Positions 48,099 to 58,445 are shown, counted from the stretch's first letter. The stretch: DNA of 64,000 bases from Escherichia coli (GCA_002099625.1 GCA_002099625.1_4857.1), one strand, 5' to 3'. The notes: generated by a model from the letters alone, not told the origin. Numbers and translations are program-made.

Positions 48099-48966
48099 CT
48101 ACCTCCGCGTCCCCACTAGCGTATATGACTTTCAACGCTTCCAATCCTTTCCGCAAGATTTCTCCAGGCGGGACGTTGTCGACGTTCAACAGGGCAAGGT
48201 TCTTTTCTAAGTCACCGTAAGCCCCGTCAAACTCCGCATGAGGAATAATCGATAAGCCCACTGCATACATTGTCAGCAAATCAATTTCGCTAATGTCTTC
48301 TACGCGAAACTCTAACGACTGCTGCACTACCGTTAAGTCTGGCTCAGCAGGCAGATTCATAAAGACAAACGCTGACGGGTTCTCAGGGAACAACCGCAAG
48401 TAAGTGACGATACGCTCTTGGCGCACATCATCGCTGTTTCGTTTCTGGCTTTCCAACGACTCTGCTGCTAAGAAGTTTTCCATCACGGTAAGCACGCGTG
48501 GACTTACAACAGTAATCAGGTCTTCAAAGTGCAGGTTTTCGTCACCGTAAACATAACGACACATGTTCTCCAGGATATACTCTGGTGTCTCACCAGAGGA
48601 GACGATCCCGTAAAGAGCGTCGCTATCTTCAAACTCTTCGAAGGCTTCCAACACACCGTGAAGGATACGTACGGTTTCTTTCGGTTTCTGGAAGACGATT
48701 TGTGGATTAAGTCCGATACCGAGGCGGTTGCCTAATCCAACCGCTACCTTCACGATAATGGATTCCAGACGGACAGTTTCGTCCGCGGGGTCAGACAACG
48801 GGTTGCTATAAACATCGGATAACGCCACATCGTAACCGTAATCCATACCGAGCGTCACTAAATCTAGCATCGGTGCTGCACGACCTTCGTGACGGTTGAC
48901 TGTCAATACAGCCGCATAGTCGGTATAAATATCAATCATGGCTCTGTTCCATAGTGAAAAGGGCAT
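48082..48966 (-). CDS. hypothetical protein
   Basis: 294-aa ORF on coding strand. Confidence 0.5.
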   Translation of the reverse strand: MPFSLWNRAMIDIYTDYAAVLTVNRHEGRAAPMLDLVTLGMDYGYDVALSDVYSNPLSDPADETVRLESIIVKVAVGLGNRLGIGLNPQIVFQKPKETVRILHGVLEAFEEFEDSDALYGIVSSGETPEYILENMCRYVYGDENLHFEDLITVVSPRVLTVMENFLAAESLESQKRNSDDVRQERIVTYLRLFPENPSAFVFMNLPAEPDLTVVQQSLEFRVEDISEIDLLTMYAVGLSIIPHAEFDGAYGDLEKNLALLNVDNVPPGEILRKGLEALKVIYASGDAEVDDEQD

Positions 48967-48979
48967 TCATACCAAGGCG

Positions 48980-49010
48980 AATAAAAAAAGAAAACGGGGC
49001 CGAAGCCCCG
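48980..49010 (-). terminator. intrinsic terminator downstream of 49019..49390
   Basis: Hairpin CGGGGC-cgaa-GCCCCG (48995-49010) followed on the minus strand by TTTTCTTTTTTTATTCGCC. Confidence 0.6.
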
Positions 49011-49018
49011 AATTTCTA

Positions 49019-49390
49019 TTAATGTCCCGTCAGATCTTTCTCCAGCTCCTTTAACGCACGTTCACCTGCCACCTGTTCGCCGGCTTTGGCGATAATCGCT
49101 TTGCGACGACGGATGTTGTCGAGCATCAGGAGTATCTGCCAGCGAGGGCGGTCGAGGAACTCGTCTATCGACATCCGGTAGTTTTCACCGACCTCTTCAC
49201 GTAAGTAAGTGGCGTACCAGATATCGTAAAGACTACCGTATACCGGGTTTTCAAAATCCGACAACCCTACCTGATGGTCGCCGGTATTAAGAGCCAGTGT
49301 ACGGTCATACGCTTCCAGAAGCTCGTTATGGGCTTCCTGATACGTAATAGGACGTGTGCTACGCTGCTTGAAGAGAGAGGTGGTATCCAT
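49019..49390 (-). CDS. hypothetical protein
   Basis: 123-aa ORF. Confidence 0.5.
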   Translation of the reverse strand: MDTTSLFKQRSTRPITYQEAHNELLEAYDRTLALNTGDHQVGLSDFENPVYGSLYDIWYATYLREEVGENYRMSIDEFLDRPRWQILLMLDNIRRRKAIIAKAGEQVAGERALKELEKDLTGH

Positions 49391-49434
49391 CTTGAGCGTT
49401 GTGATGATTTGCTCGGACGGAACGTCTTCCTGGT

Positions 49435-51405
49435 CTAGCCAATATCGGCGTATTGATCCAGCAAGAATTTCTGAATCTCGGACACCACTCGAGAGAGCAC
49501 GAAAAAAACCCTGTCCGGTGAGATGGTAACAATACCACGATACAGACCGTCTTTCTCGCCGTGTGTTTTACCGCACGCCGGGCAGCGTTTACCCATGTAA
49601 CCGAATACCGCTAAACGTGTACGTTCGTTGTATTCAGCAATTGCGTTTTCAAACTGGCCAACGTAGATACGGTCGGAAGACAGCTCTTCTAGCATCTCAA
49701 CGATTTTCGCTGTGTCGGTTTCAGTTTGTGGGATAACCTGCATTTCACCGTTTACTTCACGTTGCTCGTTAACAGTGATAGATTTCACCATGTGAGCATA
49801 GCGCGTTAAGCGACGGGCTTCCGCAGTTAAACGCATATGGGATTCACGTTCACGCTCGGTAGCAAATTCAGACAGCGCTGCCGTAGTTGACGCGTTAACA
49901 TCTTCAATCCACTTCTCAGTGGAGTCAAAGAAGCTACCCAGGGTAGAACGGCCAAATTCAACACGCACGTCGTGGTATTCAAATACCGAGGATGGGTCAA
50001 CCTGATGCGCCGCGATATATTCGCGCTGTTCAGCAATGGAAATCACTGGACGCTCAGTACCGCGTTGACGTGCCCACAGTTGTTTCTGCAGGTCGCTAAA
50101 CAGACCGGAACCGAAACGGATACAGCGTGCGATATTCAGCTTCACATCTTCCTGCTGAGTACAACCGTCCTCACCGCACATCAGCGTCCATGGAATACCA
50201 GACGGCCATTTCGCTTGCAGCGGACCCAGAATTACCAGCCAGTAGTCAGCCAGATCAATGGTATCCAACAGCACAGTACGCAGATCGTTACCCGCGCAGT
50301 CGATGGTTGCTTCAGTAACAAACTGAAGTGCGAATTCAACCATGTGACGCATGTACACACCAGAAGACGACGACAGCATCAAACCGTAGGTCTGCATACC
50401 GATGGTCGCAGTTTCCAGTGTGAGGCGCATGTCGAAGTCACAAAGGTCACGTTCATGCGGTGCGCGGAAGCCCACGTAGATACCTGTGGCCGGCAACCAA
50501 ACCATATTCGGAATACCCGACTTACGTACACGGCGCAAAGCAGCCAGCGCGCCAGTGTGCATATTGTCACGCGGTGCAATAGCACCAGAAGCCTTACCGT
50601 CCGGCAACATCACACGCTGTTCCCAAGCGGTGTCGCCACGGTCCAGTGCACCCGCGAATGCTGGTACGCCGTCCTGTAGACGTGGCGGGGTCATGTTCAA
50701 AGCACGATAGATGTCGTCGTATACCTGTTGCTGTTCAGGGCTTTCGAATAGCAGCCGGCCGTCTTTCGGTGAACGTTTAATATTACCGAGGAACTTTTGC
50801 AGGGAGTCTGCAATGATGTTAGGGTCTTGTTTCAGACCAATCAACATCTTCGACTGTGTCAGAATACGATCAGCTTCGTCTTCACCCATTTCGGCAGTTT
50901 CAGCTAAATGGGTATTACCGAAGTTAATCTCACGCACCTGTTGTTGTTCCGGAACCTTCGGTGCTGCATCTTCCATTTCTTTTACAGCCGGCTGGGCCGG
51001 TGCAACCGCTTCCGGAGCTTTTGGCTGCGGAGCAGGTTCTACCGCAGGCGCTTTCTCTACTACCGGTTCCGGGGCACGATGTAGGTGCTCCTGCACCTGT
51101 TCAGCAAAAGTCTGAGGTGCCGGTGGTACAGGCGCAGCAGGTTCAGGCAACGCCTCTTCTACAAACGTCGGACGCTCAAGCTTAGGCTCAGGACGATGAT
51201 AGTGTTGGTGATAAACTTCTTCTGCACGGGCAAAAGAAAAATCGGGATTGGCTTGTTTAATAGCCATGATGATTGCATCCGAGGTCGCGTCATCAGGCAC
51301 GGTCGGAAGAATCATCTCTTGTTGGGTAGCAGCCGCCACAGGGGCTGGCTGGTCGGGATTAGGGCGACGGGCATTACCCGGACGCTGATCTTGGATCTCA
51401 GACAT
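49435..51405 (-). CDS. hypothetical protein with Pro/Ala-rich N-terminal linker and C-terminal CxxC motif (656 aa)
   Basis: N-terminal PAAPVPPAPQ...APAVEPAPQPKAPEAVAPAQPAV; C-terminal KRCPACGKTHGE. Confidence 0.55.
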   Translation of the reverse strand: MSEIQDQRPGNARRPNPDQPAPVAAATQQEMILPTVPDDATSDAIIMAIKQANPDFSFARAEEVYHQHYHRPEPKLERPTFVEEALPEPAAPVPPAPQTFAEQVQEHLHRAPEPVVEKAPAVEPAPQPKAPEAVAPAQPAVKEMEDAAPKVPEQQQVREINFGNTHLAETAEMGEDEADRILTQSKMLIGLKQDPNIIADSLQKFLGNIKRSPKDGRLLFESPEQQQVYDDIYRALNMTPPRLQDGVPAFAGALDRGDTAWEQRVMLPDGKASGAIAPRDNMHTGALAALRRVRKSGIPNMVWLPATGIYVGFRAPHERDLCDFDMRLTLETATIGMQTYGLMLSSSSGVYMRHMVEFALQFVTEATIDCAGNDLRTVLLDTIDLADYWLVILGPLQAKWPSGIPWTLMCGEDGCTQQEDVKLNIARCIRFGSGLFSDLQKQLWARQRGTERPVISIAEQREYIAAHQVDPSSVFEYHDVRVEFGRSTLGSFFDSTEKWIEDVNASTTAALSEFATERERESHMRLTAEARRLTRYAHMVKSITVNEQREVNGEMQVIPQTETDTAKIVEMLEELSSDRIYVGQFENAIAEYNERTRLAVFGYMGKRCPACGKTHGEKDGLYRGIVTISPDRVFFVLSRVVSEIQKFLLDQYADIG

Positions 51406-52060
51406 TAGCCGCTTCCTCGGTTTCTACTACAACGTCGTTGTGATCGACGATGGCGTTTTTAGGGAGTTCTTTCGAATTATTAGCCAAAGCTTCGGCCAAC
51501 AGAACTTCGGCTTGTTCCACGGTATGACCGTTATTCAGCGCCTGCTTCACGAACTTCACTTTCGCGTTATACGTGGAGAAGATTTCGATACTGGTGCCCT
51601 GAATATCCATCGCAAGCATGTTTGCCCGCTGGTCAATCAGGGACAGTTCGGTGTGGTCGACGTGGAACTGGTCTTTGATTTCTTTCCACGTTTTGCTGTT
51701 ATCGTTCAGCATGTCAAACACCGGCACCGCCTTAGCGTCTGCCTCAACAATCAGTTTACCGAACAGCTCTTTGCCCTGTTGGCACATGCCAAGGAAAGCC
51801 GCCTGTGCTTCATCCAGCGCTTTCAATGTGAAAGCTTTCAGCTCTTCGTGCGCAATGGCTTCAGTTACTTCACGCTCCCGATCGATTTTGCCTGACAGGA
51901 ATTCGGTACTTTCGATAAACACAGCTTGTTTTTTCAACACAGACTGCATCATCGCCTTGACGAAATCGCGTGCGTCTTTACGTGGGTTATAAGCGGGTTT
52001 CTTTTTGCGACGACTCATCGTAATAATCCTTTTGAAATTAGGGGTTGGGTGTATACACAA
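51398..52060 (-). CDS. hypothetical protein with basic N-terminus
   Basis: 220-aa ORF; MSRRKKKPAYNPRK... Confidence 0.5.
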   Translation of the reverse strand: MCIHPTPNFKRIITMSRRKKKPAYNPRKDARDFVKAMMQSVLKKQAVFIESTEFLSGKIDREREVTEAIAHEELKAFTLKALDEAQAAFLGMCQQGKELFGKLIVEADAKAVPVFDMLNDNSKTWKEIKDQFHVDHTELSLIDQRANMLAMDIQGTSIEIFSTYNAKVKFVKQALNNGHTVEQAEVLLAEALANNSKELPKNAIVDHNDVVVETEEAANV

Positions 52061-52078
52061 TATACACCCAAAACGTGA

Positions 52079-52462
52079 TTAACTTGCATCGTGTGGAACA
52101 GTCACCCAATCGTGCCATTTTTCAGAGTAAAGCCGATAAGCCATCTTTGGATTCTGATCGACGCTACCGGCCGGGTTCTCATTCCACAACACGTACGTAT
52201 ATAACTCGTACGACGAAGTGTTACGGATACTTGACGTGCGGGTGACGTAGTACGTCAACCCGCGTTGGTTAAGGAACAGGCCGCTGTAATGTTCAGTGAC
52301 CATGTAGTAGTGAAACGCCTGGTTGATAGTGGCGTCGGTGCAGAGTTTCTTAGCGACGTCTTCTACGCCGGGATACGCCTTTAGAATGTTTTCGAGAAAA
52401 CTTGCTAAAGTCATTCCGATGTAGGGTGGCAGCGGCTCTGCTGGACGCGGCGGAGTGAGCAT
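52079..52462 (-). CDS. hypothetical protein
   Basis: 127-aa ORF; overlaps the 3' end of the helicase ORF in another frame, so the exact start is uncertain. Confidence 0.35.
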   Translation of the reverse strand: MLTPPRPAEPLPPYIGMTLASFLENILKAYPGVEDVAKKLCTDATINQAFHYYMVTEHYSGLFLNQRGLTYYVTRTSSIRNTSSYELYTYVLWNENPAGSVDQNPKMAYRLYSEKWHDWVTVPHDAS

Positions 52463-54056
52463 GTGATTTCCTTACAACGTAGGGGGATGTCGCGATACGG
52501 AACGACAATACGACATCCTTGAGTGATTTCTGGCGGGCATTCAGGTAATTGCAATGCTTCGGTACGTTATACGCATGGAATAACCACACCGTTGGGTCTA
52601 TTTCACCCCATTCGTTGTGGAGAATCTTACGTGGACGACCGGCCATCTGTTCGTTCAGTTGCTGGTCTTCTACCGGGGTTGAAATGTACATGTGTACCAA
52701 CCCAGGTTTATCGACCGCAGTCCCCGCTTTCCCCGGTGTGGAGATAGAGAAGTCTGCTTGGATAAAGTCGTCATACGAATCGCCTGCATTATATTTCGCC
52801 ACCATCAACGGATGGAATACAGGGTCACGCGATAACTTATCTTTCACATACTCGGTAAAGAACTCACACATCGCTACCGTAGCAAAGAGTATCAAACATT
52901 TTTGGCCAGGTTGATACCGTTTAAGGAACGATTTCTCAACCACATCCCAGATCATGTTCGCGTATTCTAAATGCAAGTTCTCTTTAATCAGCTTCCCTTC
53001 GAAGAGTTTGTGGTTATACGGCGTCATCTTCGACGCCCACCACGCAAACTTCTTATCATCCAGTCGATAGTACAACGCCTTCACGTCAACCACCGGAATG
53101 ATTGGAATACTGATTCGGTACTCCATTGGGAAACGTTCTAAATACCGCTCCGCGATAAAGGCTTTACTGCTACCCGGCTTAAGGGTTGCAGACATCTCTA
53201 TCGATGCCGGAGGGTTCAACATTATACCAGCCATGTAAACGAGGTGAAAATGCTCGTGCACCTCATCCATCGCCACCAGACCCACACCCAGAACATCATA
53301 AAACGTATCCAGGTCCACAGGGTTAGTCGCAGCAGTGTTAATGTACTCCTTCAGGAAACGCTGTAGAGAGACCGTGGGGAGGATTATTACCTTAATACCA
53401 CGACTATCTAACTCTCCCGACTTACCCATCTCCAGCGCGTCGTAAATCGCCTGTACGCCTGTACAAACTAACACCTCGTCACGAAGTATACGAAGTCCTG
53501 TTTCATCATCACAGACGTCAAACAGCCATTTGGGAACGTACGACGGACGGTGAATCAATGCGGTACGGGTTCCCCGTTTAACCATCGACTTCATACACGA
53601 CTTCGTCTTCCCACGACCTGTCTGAATGGCGAAGATTGTCTGTGGTCGGTTTGGATCGGACGCTGCATCCACAACCTCGTTCTGATAGTAGAAACGCGAC
53701 TCCGGATCGCTTTCTACCATCGAGAAGCCGTAGTTATCAAATGTACAGCAGTAAGGTGTTCCTCGCTCAGGATGGTGCTCTGTCAGCTTGTACTGAAAAG
53801 CATATTCAATTGCTGCTCGTTGGAGGATATGTTTAATCTTCTCAGCGAACACTTTATGGAAAATGAACGTCCTTAAAGACGGAATGTGGGCGTAGTACGC
53901 GTCACCGCGTTCCGTAGTTATTCGTCCATGTTGCTTGCCCATCTTTGGGGCGTGCATATTCTCTTCGGCCCACGCGAGTATGGCCCTTTCAGCCTGGCGG
54001 ATAGGGACTTCAACCCGTACCCCCATACTCGTGTAAGTCATTTGAATTTCTACCAT
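52350..54056 (-). CDS. superfamily-2 DExH-box helicase
   Basis: Walker A AIQTGRGKTKS; Walker B/DExH LVAMDEVHEH; motif III MSATLK; motif VI-like QMAGRPRK. Track start at 54113 translates the terminator hairpin; the ATG at 54056 (MVEIQMTYTS...) is the likelier start. Confidence 0.7.
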   Translation of the reverse strand: MVEIQMTYTSMGVRVEVPIRQAERAILAWAEENMHAPKMGKQHGRITTERGDAYYAHIPSLRTFIFHKVFAEKIKHILQRAAIEYAFQYKLTEHHPERGTPYCCTFDNYGFSMVESDPESRFYYQNEVVDAASDPNRPQTIFAIQTGRGKTKSCMKSMVKRGTRTALIHRPSYVPKWLFDVCDDETGLRILRDEVLVCTGVQAIYDALEMGKSGELDSRGIKVIILPTVSLQRFLKEYINTAATNPVDLDTFYDVLGVGLVAMDEVHEHFHLVYMAGIMLNPPASIEMSATLKPGSSKAFIAERYLERFPMEYRISIPIIPVVDVKALYYRLDDKKFAWWASKMTPYNHKLFEGKLIKENLHLEYANMIWDVVEKSFLKRYQPGQKCLILFATVAMCEFFTEYVKDKLSRDPVFHPLMVAKYNAGDSYDDFIQADFSISTPGKAGTAVDKPGLVHMYISTPVEDQQLNEQMAGRPRKILHNEWGEIDPTVWLFHAYNVPKHCNYLNARQKSLKDVVLSFRIATSPYVVRKSHAHSAASSRAAATLHRNDFSKFSRKHSKGVSRRRRRR

Positions 54057-54070
54057 GCTGCCCCTCTTCG

Positions 54071-54099
54071 CACAAAAAAAGAGGGGCGCAAGGCCCCTC
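54071..54099 (-). terminator. intrinsic terminator downstream of 54103..56208, overlapping the helicase RBS
   Basis: Hairpin GAGGGGC-gcaa-GGCCCCTC (54081-54099) followed on the minus strand by TTTTTTTGTG; the downstream CGAAGAGGGG can alternatively pair with the 3' arm. Confidence 0.55.
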
Positions 54100-54102
54100 G
54101 GT

Positions 54103-56208
54103 TTACAACTCAATTACCACAGCGGCTCCTAGGTCATCGTACAACGATGCCGGGATTTTGTACTCGGTATAAAAACCAACGCGATCGATATTCCCCTGCT
54201 GTCCTTCAAACAACAACATCGGAATTGCCGAGCGCAAACTAATGAGCGTGTTGTGATCGACAAACCGTTTCCCGGTGGCATTAGTAGAATCCTCACTGTC
54301 AAATCCTACTGCCGGGAACGGATTGGTTGGCGACTCTACACGAGATATCGCCAACATAATCGCAATATGCGTCATCGGTATACCACTCAGCTTACGCTGG
54401 ATATACTTAAACGTGTCCATCAACGCATAAGTACACTGTTTCTCTGTAGCACCACCCATCTCAACCAACGTCACTGGTTTCACACGACCTTGTTTCTTGT
54501 TCAGCTTCACAGTCGATGCCGTGTTGATGATTTCCACAATGTCTTCGTTCTTATCGGCAGCAATCGAACGGAGCTTGGTTTCTAAGCCGGCTACGAACTC
54601 TGCCATCGATTCAGAACGGTTGGTGTAGACCAGGACCGGGTGTTTCGGGTTCCATCCTTTTAAGGGGATTTCTACTGTCTTCTTCTCGATACGAATGTTC
54701 GCTCGTTGTTTCAAGAAGTAGTGCAGGAACGGTTTAGAGAAGTTCCCACAAACACCCATTCGCACATCGATAGAATCCGCAGCGATTATCTGCCCATCTT
54801 CTAAACGACGTTGGAAAGTTAAGTCGGTGATTTCTGGTAATGCCGTTTCATCAATTGCATCGAGATCTTCATGATACGCAATCTGGCTCAGCTCCGAATA
54901 AATTTTGTCGGTAACAACCAACTCGTATTCTGACCAATTCCCACGCTGTGGTTTTGGCAGCAAGCACAACCCTTTCAGAGAGTTATGTTTGTATTCGGTC
55001 ATATACTCACGCATACGTGGGGTGAGTACCAGGTTGAGCAGATAACGCAAGAAGTCAAGGTGCTTGGTAGAGAGAATTCCCTGTGTACCCTTTTCCGAGA
55101 TGGACGTGGACGCCAGGTGACCTGGTGACGTACCTTCAGAGAGGTTATAAATCAAATCCCCCATACAGGTCGCACAGATGGACTGATTCGCCATCTCTTT
55201 ACAGGTCATGGCACTACGGAAGACCAGCGGTTTGCCAACCAGGTCTGCGTATCCACCTTTCTCAAATCTCAACCACGGACCATTATCGCCTTCTAAACGA
55301 TAACGCATCCCCACCATCGCTTTATAGGCACGCTCATCCAGCTGCGTATCCTTAAACGTGTAGCGGTGTGCGTGAGTTGTACCGCAGTCGTCGTACGTGA
55401 AATACATCAGTACGTTTGCTGCCAACTGCAGTTTACGTGAGGCGTATTCTGCTTCGGCAATCTTGTCAGTGTTGTACAAGTGGGAACGTGAAGTTGCACC
55501 GGATTCTTTCAAACGCGAAATAACCGAGTGCATTCCGGTAAAGAAGCCTTCCCACACCTGATTGGTGTATACACGTGAGTCAATTTCTGACGTTTTACCA
55601 CGCACGAAGGCTTGCAGTACCTGGTTCATCTTCACAGTACCGTCCAGTACCGACATCACGACCGGGTTATACCGTAGCGCAGGGTCTTTGAAGATTTTCT
55701 CGATAAGCTTGTACGCTTCTTCAACCATATCCTGACCATCTTCATCGTAGCCAGTAGGGTATTGCACTTCCCACTGACGGATGAGTTCGAAGTTCGGGTG
55801 GTCGTAGATCTCCATCATCGTATCAAAGTCGATTGTCGTACAATAGGACAGCAAGTTCTTCACTGTCATGTTGAACGCATCGGCGTAGACATGTTGACTC
55901 AGGATATAACGCGTTTCAGCAAGGTCGACACCTGCTTTACGGGCCAGTACCGCTGCTTCCGACATAAAGTCCAGATGCAGGTCATCTGTTGCTACCTGAC
56001 CTGGACGATACGCCATGGTCGATGGAGTGGGCACCTGCGGATACAGACGCGACACACCCCAATACGGCCAGCTGAGTTTGATGTGGCGACTAGACATTTC
56101 CAACGACTTACCATCGTCGAATGTCACGTAATAACGCCCGCGTAGTTTCCACACCTGATCAGAGTTAAGCATACGCAAATCACGTACGTGTACAGAACGA
56201 CCCGCCAT
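54103..56208 (-). CDS. hypothetical large protein (701 aa); possible RNA polymerase beta-prime-like C-terminal fragment
   Basis: TAATG overlap with the RNAP beta fragment gene; EKGTQGILSTKH weakly resembles the beta-prime trigger-loop motif GTQLTMRTFH. The RNAP assignment is tentative and the NADFDGD motif is absent. Confidence 0.5.
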   Translation of the reverse strand: MAGRSVHVRDLRMLNSDQVWKLRGRYYVTFDDGKSLEMSSRHIKLSWPYWGVSRLYPQVPTPSTMAYRPGQVATDDLHLDFMSEAAVLARKAGVDLAETRYILSQHVYADAFNMTVKNLLSYCTTIDFDTMMEIYDHPNFELIRQWEVQYPTGYDEDGQDMVEEAYKLIEKIFKDPALRYNPVVMSVLDGTVKMNQVLQAFVRGKTSEIDSRVYTNQVWEGFFTGMHSVISRLKESGATSRSHLYNTDKIAEAEYASRKLQLAANVLMYFTYDDCGTTHAHRYTFKDTQLDERAYKAMVGMRYRLEGDNGPWLRFEKGGYADLVGKPLVFRSAMTCKEMANQSICATCMGDLIYNLSEGTSPGHLASTSISEKGTQGILSTKHLDFLRYLLNLVLTPRMREYMTEYKHNSLKGLCLLPKPQRGNWSEYELVVTDKIYSELSQIAYHEDLDAIDETALPEITDLTFQRRLEDGQIIAADSIDVRMGVCGNFSKPFLHYFLKQRANIRIEKKTVEIPLKGWNPKHPVLVYTNRSESMAEFVAGLETKLRSIAADKNEDIVEIINTASTVKLNKKQGRVKPVTLVEMGGATEKQCTYALMDTFKYIQRKLSGIPMTHIAIMLAISRVESPTNPFPAVGFDSEDSTNATGKRFVDHNTLISLRSAIPMLLFEGQQGNIDRVGFYTEYKIPASLYDDLGAAVVIEL

Positions 56209-58445
56209 TATTTATCCTCCCGAATTGGACGCACTAATTCAAAACCTTCACAGCGATGGATGTTACGTATCATCCTGTCAATCTGCGAATCACCCATTGG
56301 TAGTTTCTTACGATCGACCAGCACCCCTGGATTGGTTGGTGTTGGCGAGTTATACAGCCCCGTTACGATCGCACGGTGTACCGCTGGGTTATTAGCGCGG
56401 TCATGAGTTTCGGGGAAGTTGCCCGGACCAAAGCCGTCGGTAAGACGCTGCTCGGAAGGACCACCCCACTTCAACCCTTTCAGGTTAATCGGATATGAAC
56501 CACGTCCTTGGTTGGATGCATCAATACAACCCAAATAGTTCGTGTACATCGACGAGATACTGGAGAACTCACGACCGGTTTTATCCAGGCGCAGAGTCTC
56601 TACCATGCCGACGTAGAACTGGTTCTTCGTCCACTCTTTCTCACCCTGATAGTTAGTAATCAGTAGCTTAGACTTGCGTGGTGCATACTCGCCTAGAGCA
56701 CGGCAGATTTCTACCTGGGTGGCATTCAATTCGTGGGGAAGCCAGATACGAATCGTGAAGTCGTAAATCTCTTTAAAGAGTTCCAGACGTGACCCAGTAT
56801 CCGGGTGACTGGCATTGAGATAGAATGTCCAGCGTGGGTTATAGCGATCGATATAGTCCATCAGGATTTCCCAGGCTTCATCAACCTGGTTGGCGGCAAG
56901 TAATGGTTTCAACCGCATCTTCAACTGCTCGGATGCAGCAGACCAATACATGTGGAACAGCGCAGCATAAGTCGAACGACGAATTACGGCGTTCATGGAA
57001 CGAATGACATGCACACGTTCTCCGAACTCGTTAATCGGCATTTCTTCATCAGGCCGCACTGCGCCCACGATACCTTTTGTACCTGAACGGTCGGTGATTT
57101 TCGATGAGACGGTAACTGGGATTGGATAACGTACCACGATGCGTATCGTGTAACTACCAATTGGGTCCCAGAGACCACGCTGAACCGGCTGCGCCAGTTT
57201 GTTCAACACGTTCTTATCAGCAGAACGGTTATACTCGCCTTTGCGCATGGCTTCATCGTATTCACGACCAATCTCTTCACGGAAGTCGTTATAGACTTCA
57301 TACGTCTCAGAACAGAACGCCTTGTCGAGAATCTCAAACGCTTTCGGTGACCAGACAATATTCTTGTCCTTGGACATCGCAAAATAGAACCGCACGATAT
57401 CATTGTAAAAACGTTTCAAAGCGTTCGCGTAGTGATCTAACTCGCGTTTGTTCTCTTCGGTACATGCGATATTGTTAACACCACGATCGCATTTGGTTTC
57501 GTCCCGCCATACCTGAATATCAACGACACGAGAACCAGTACGTTCCATCTTTTCAAAGTCGCCAGCCTGACGCGCTTTGTAATGCTCAGGGTCGGCATCA
57601 ACATACTCACAACGGTCGAAGTGCGGAGAGATATGTTGTGTTTCGCCCACGTGTGAGTCAATAGCCGCCCACAGCTTATCGAAACGACGCGCGGCTATAA
57701 CCAACCCATCATCGCGAATTGCCTGTCCTTTATTGGGCAGGTACTGTGGTCGACGAACGCCATCAATACCCGTTGTCCCATACGTATCAAGCAGGTACTC
57801 GTCGTCGCGCAAGGTAAAGTCGATTGCACGCAAACCATAAGCGTGCATCGCCTTCGCTGCAGTTTCGGAGATGGTGTACGAGTCCTCGATAATGTCCGGG
57901 TGCGACATTGTCACAGTGTGCAGGTTGACCCCATCGACAAACTCACCGTCTTTCTGTGCCGGCAGCACGGTAAGCATTTCATCTTTTTCCAGGTGCTGAG
58001 TCTGCCCGCGCAGCAACGCCTGAAGTTTCCCAGTAGCCTCTTTCTTAGACGAGAAAATGTTATCGTGGTTGGTGTAATACTTGATATCGATTACATCAAT
58101 CATCACTTTGCGCTGGTTGGTTAAATCTGCGCGCGTGAAGAAGATAACATGTTGGAGCGGATCGTGATCCCCTTCACGACCATAGCGTGCAAAAACAGCT
58201 GCACGAGTAACACCTTCTTTGGTTGTGTAACTGCACACGGTACCACTATCTTCCACGATATCGTTAAAACAATAATCGTGGTAGTTCACATCAGCGCCGG
58301 TAAAATGGATAGTCGGGTCTGGATTGTCCAGTGGTACCGCCGACTTCATATGTCCACCCACCATTGAGGCACGTGCCCCAGATACGCCAGTGATATTCAC
58401 CTCACGGTCAGCAACGCTTGACATGAGTTCGACTGGTGTTTTCAT
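56208..58445 (-). CDS. multisubunit RNA polymerase beta subunit, C-terminal fragment (745 aa)
   Basis: DRSGTKGIVGAVRPDEEMPINEFGERVHVI aligns with the conserved bacterial RpoB block [30 protein letters not shown]; downstream LKGLKWGGPSEQR resembles LGGKAQFGGQR. ATG with AAGGAG RBS; promoter 15-mer 30 nt upstream. Confidence 0.65.
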   Translation of the reverse strand: MKTPVELMSSVADREVNITGVSGARASMVGGHMKSAVPLDNPDPTIHFTGADVNYHDYCFNDIVEDSGTVCSYTTKEGVTRAAVFARYGREGDHDPLQHVIFFTRADLTNQRKVMIDVIDIKYYTNHDNIFSSKKEATGKLQALLRGQTQHLEKDEMLTVLPAQKDGEFVDGVNLHTVTMSHPDIIEDSYTISETAAKAMHAYGLRAIDFTLRDDEYLLDTYGTTGIDGVRRPQYLPNKGQAIRDDGLVIAARRFDKLWAAIDSHVGETQHISPHFDRCEYVDADPEHYKARQAGDFEKMERTGSRVVDIQVWRDETKCDRGVNNIACTEENKRELDHYANALKRFYNDIVRFYFAMSKDKNIVWSPKAFEILDKAFCSETYEVYNDFREEIGREYDEAMRKGEYNRSADKNVLNKLAQPVQRGLWDPIGSYTIRIVVRYPIPVTVSSKITDRSGTKGIVGAVRPDEEMPINEFGERVHVIRSMNAVIRRSTYAALFHMYWSAASEQLKMRLKPLLAANQVDEAWEILMDYIDRYNPRWTFYLNASHPDTGSRLELFKEIYDFTIRIWLPHELNATQVEICRALGEYAPRKSKLLITNYQGEKEWTKNQFYVGMVETLRLDKTGREFSSISSMYTNYLGCIDASNQGRGSYPINLKGLKWGGPSEQRLTDGFGPGNFPETHDRANNPAVHRAIVTGLYNSPTPTNPGVLVDRKKLPMGDSQIDRMIRNIHRCEGFELVRPIREDK

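Noticed and set aside
54057-54113. N-terminal extension of the helicase ORF (MSCKPRGLAPLFFCAKRGS)
   Set aside because: This segment is the translation of the terminator hairpin and overlaps the upstream gene; the ATG at 54056 has a better context. Similar non-ATG extensions were trimmed at 6756, 10182, 14756, 18560, 20501, 22097, 35468 and 46861.
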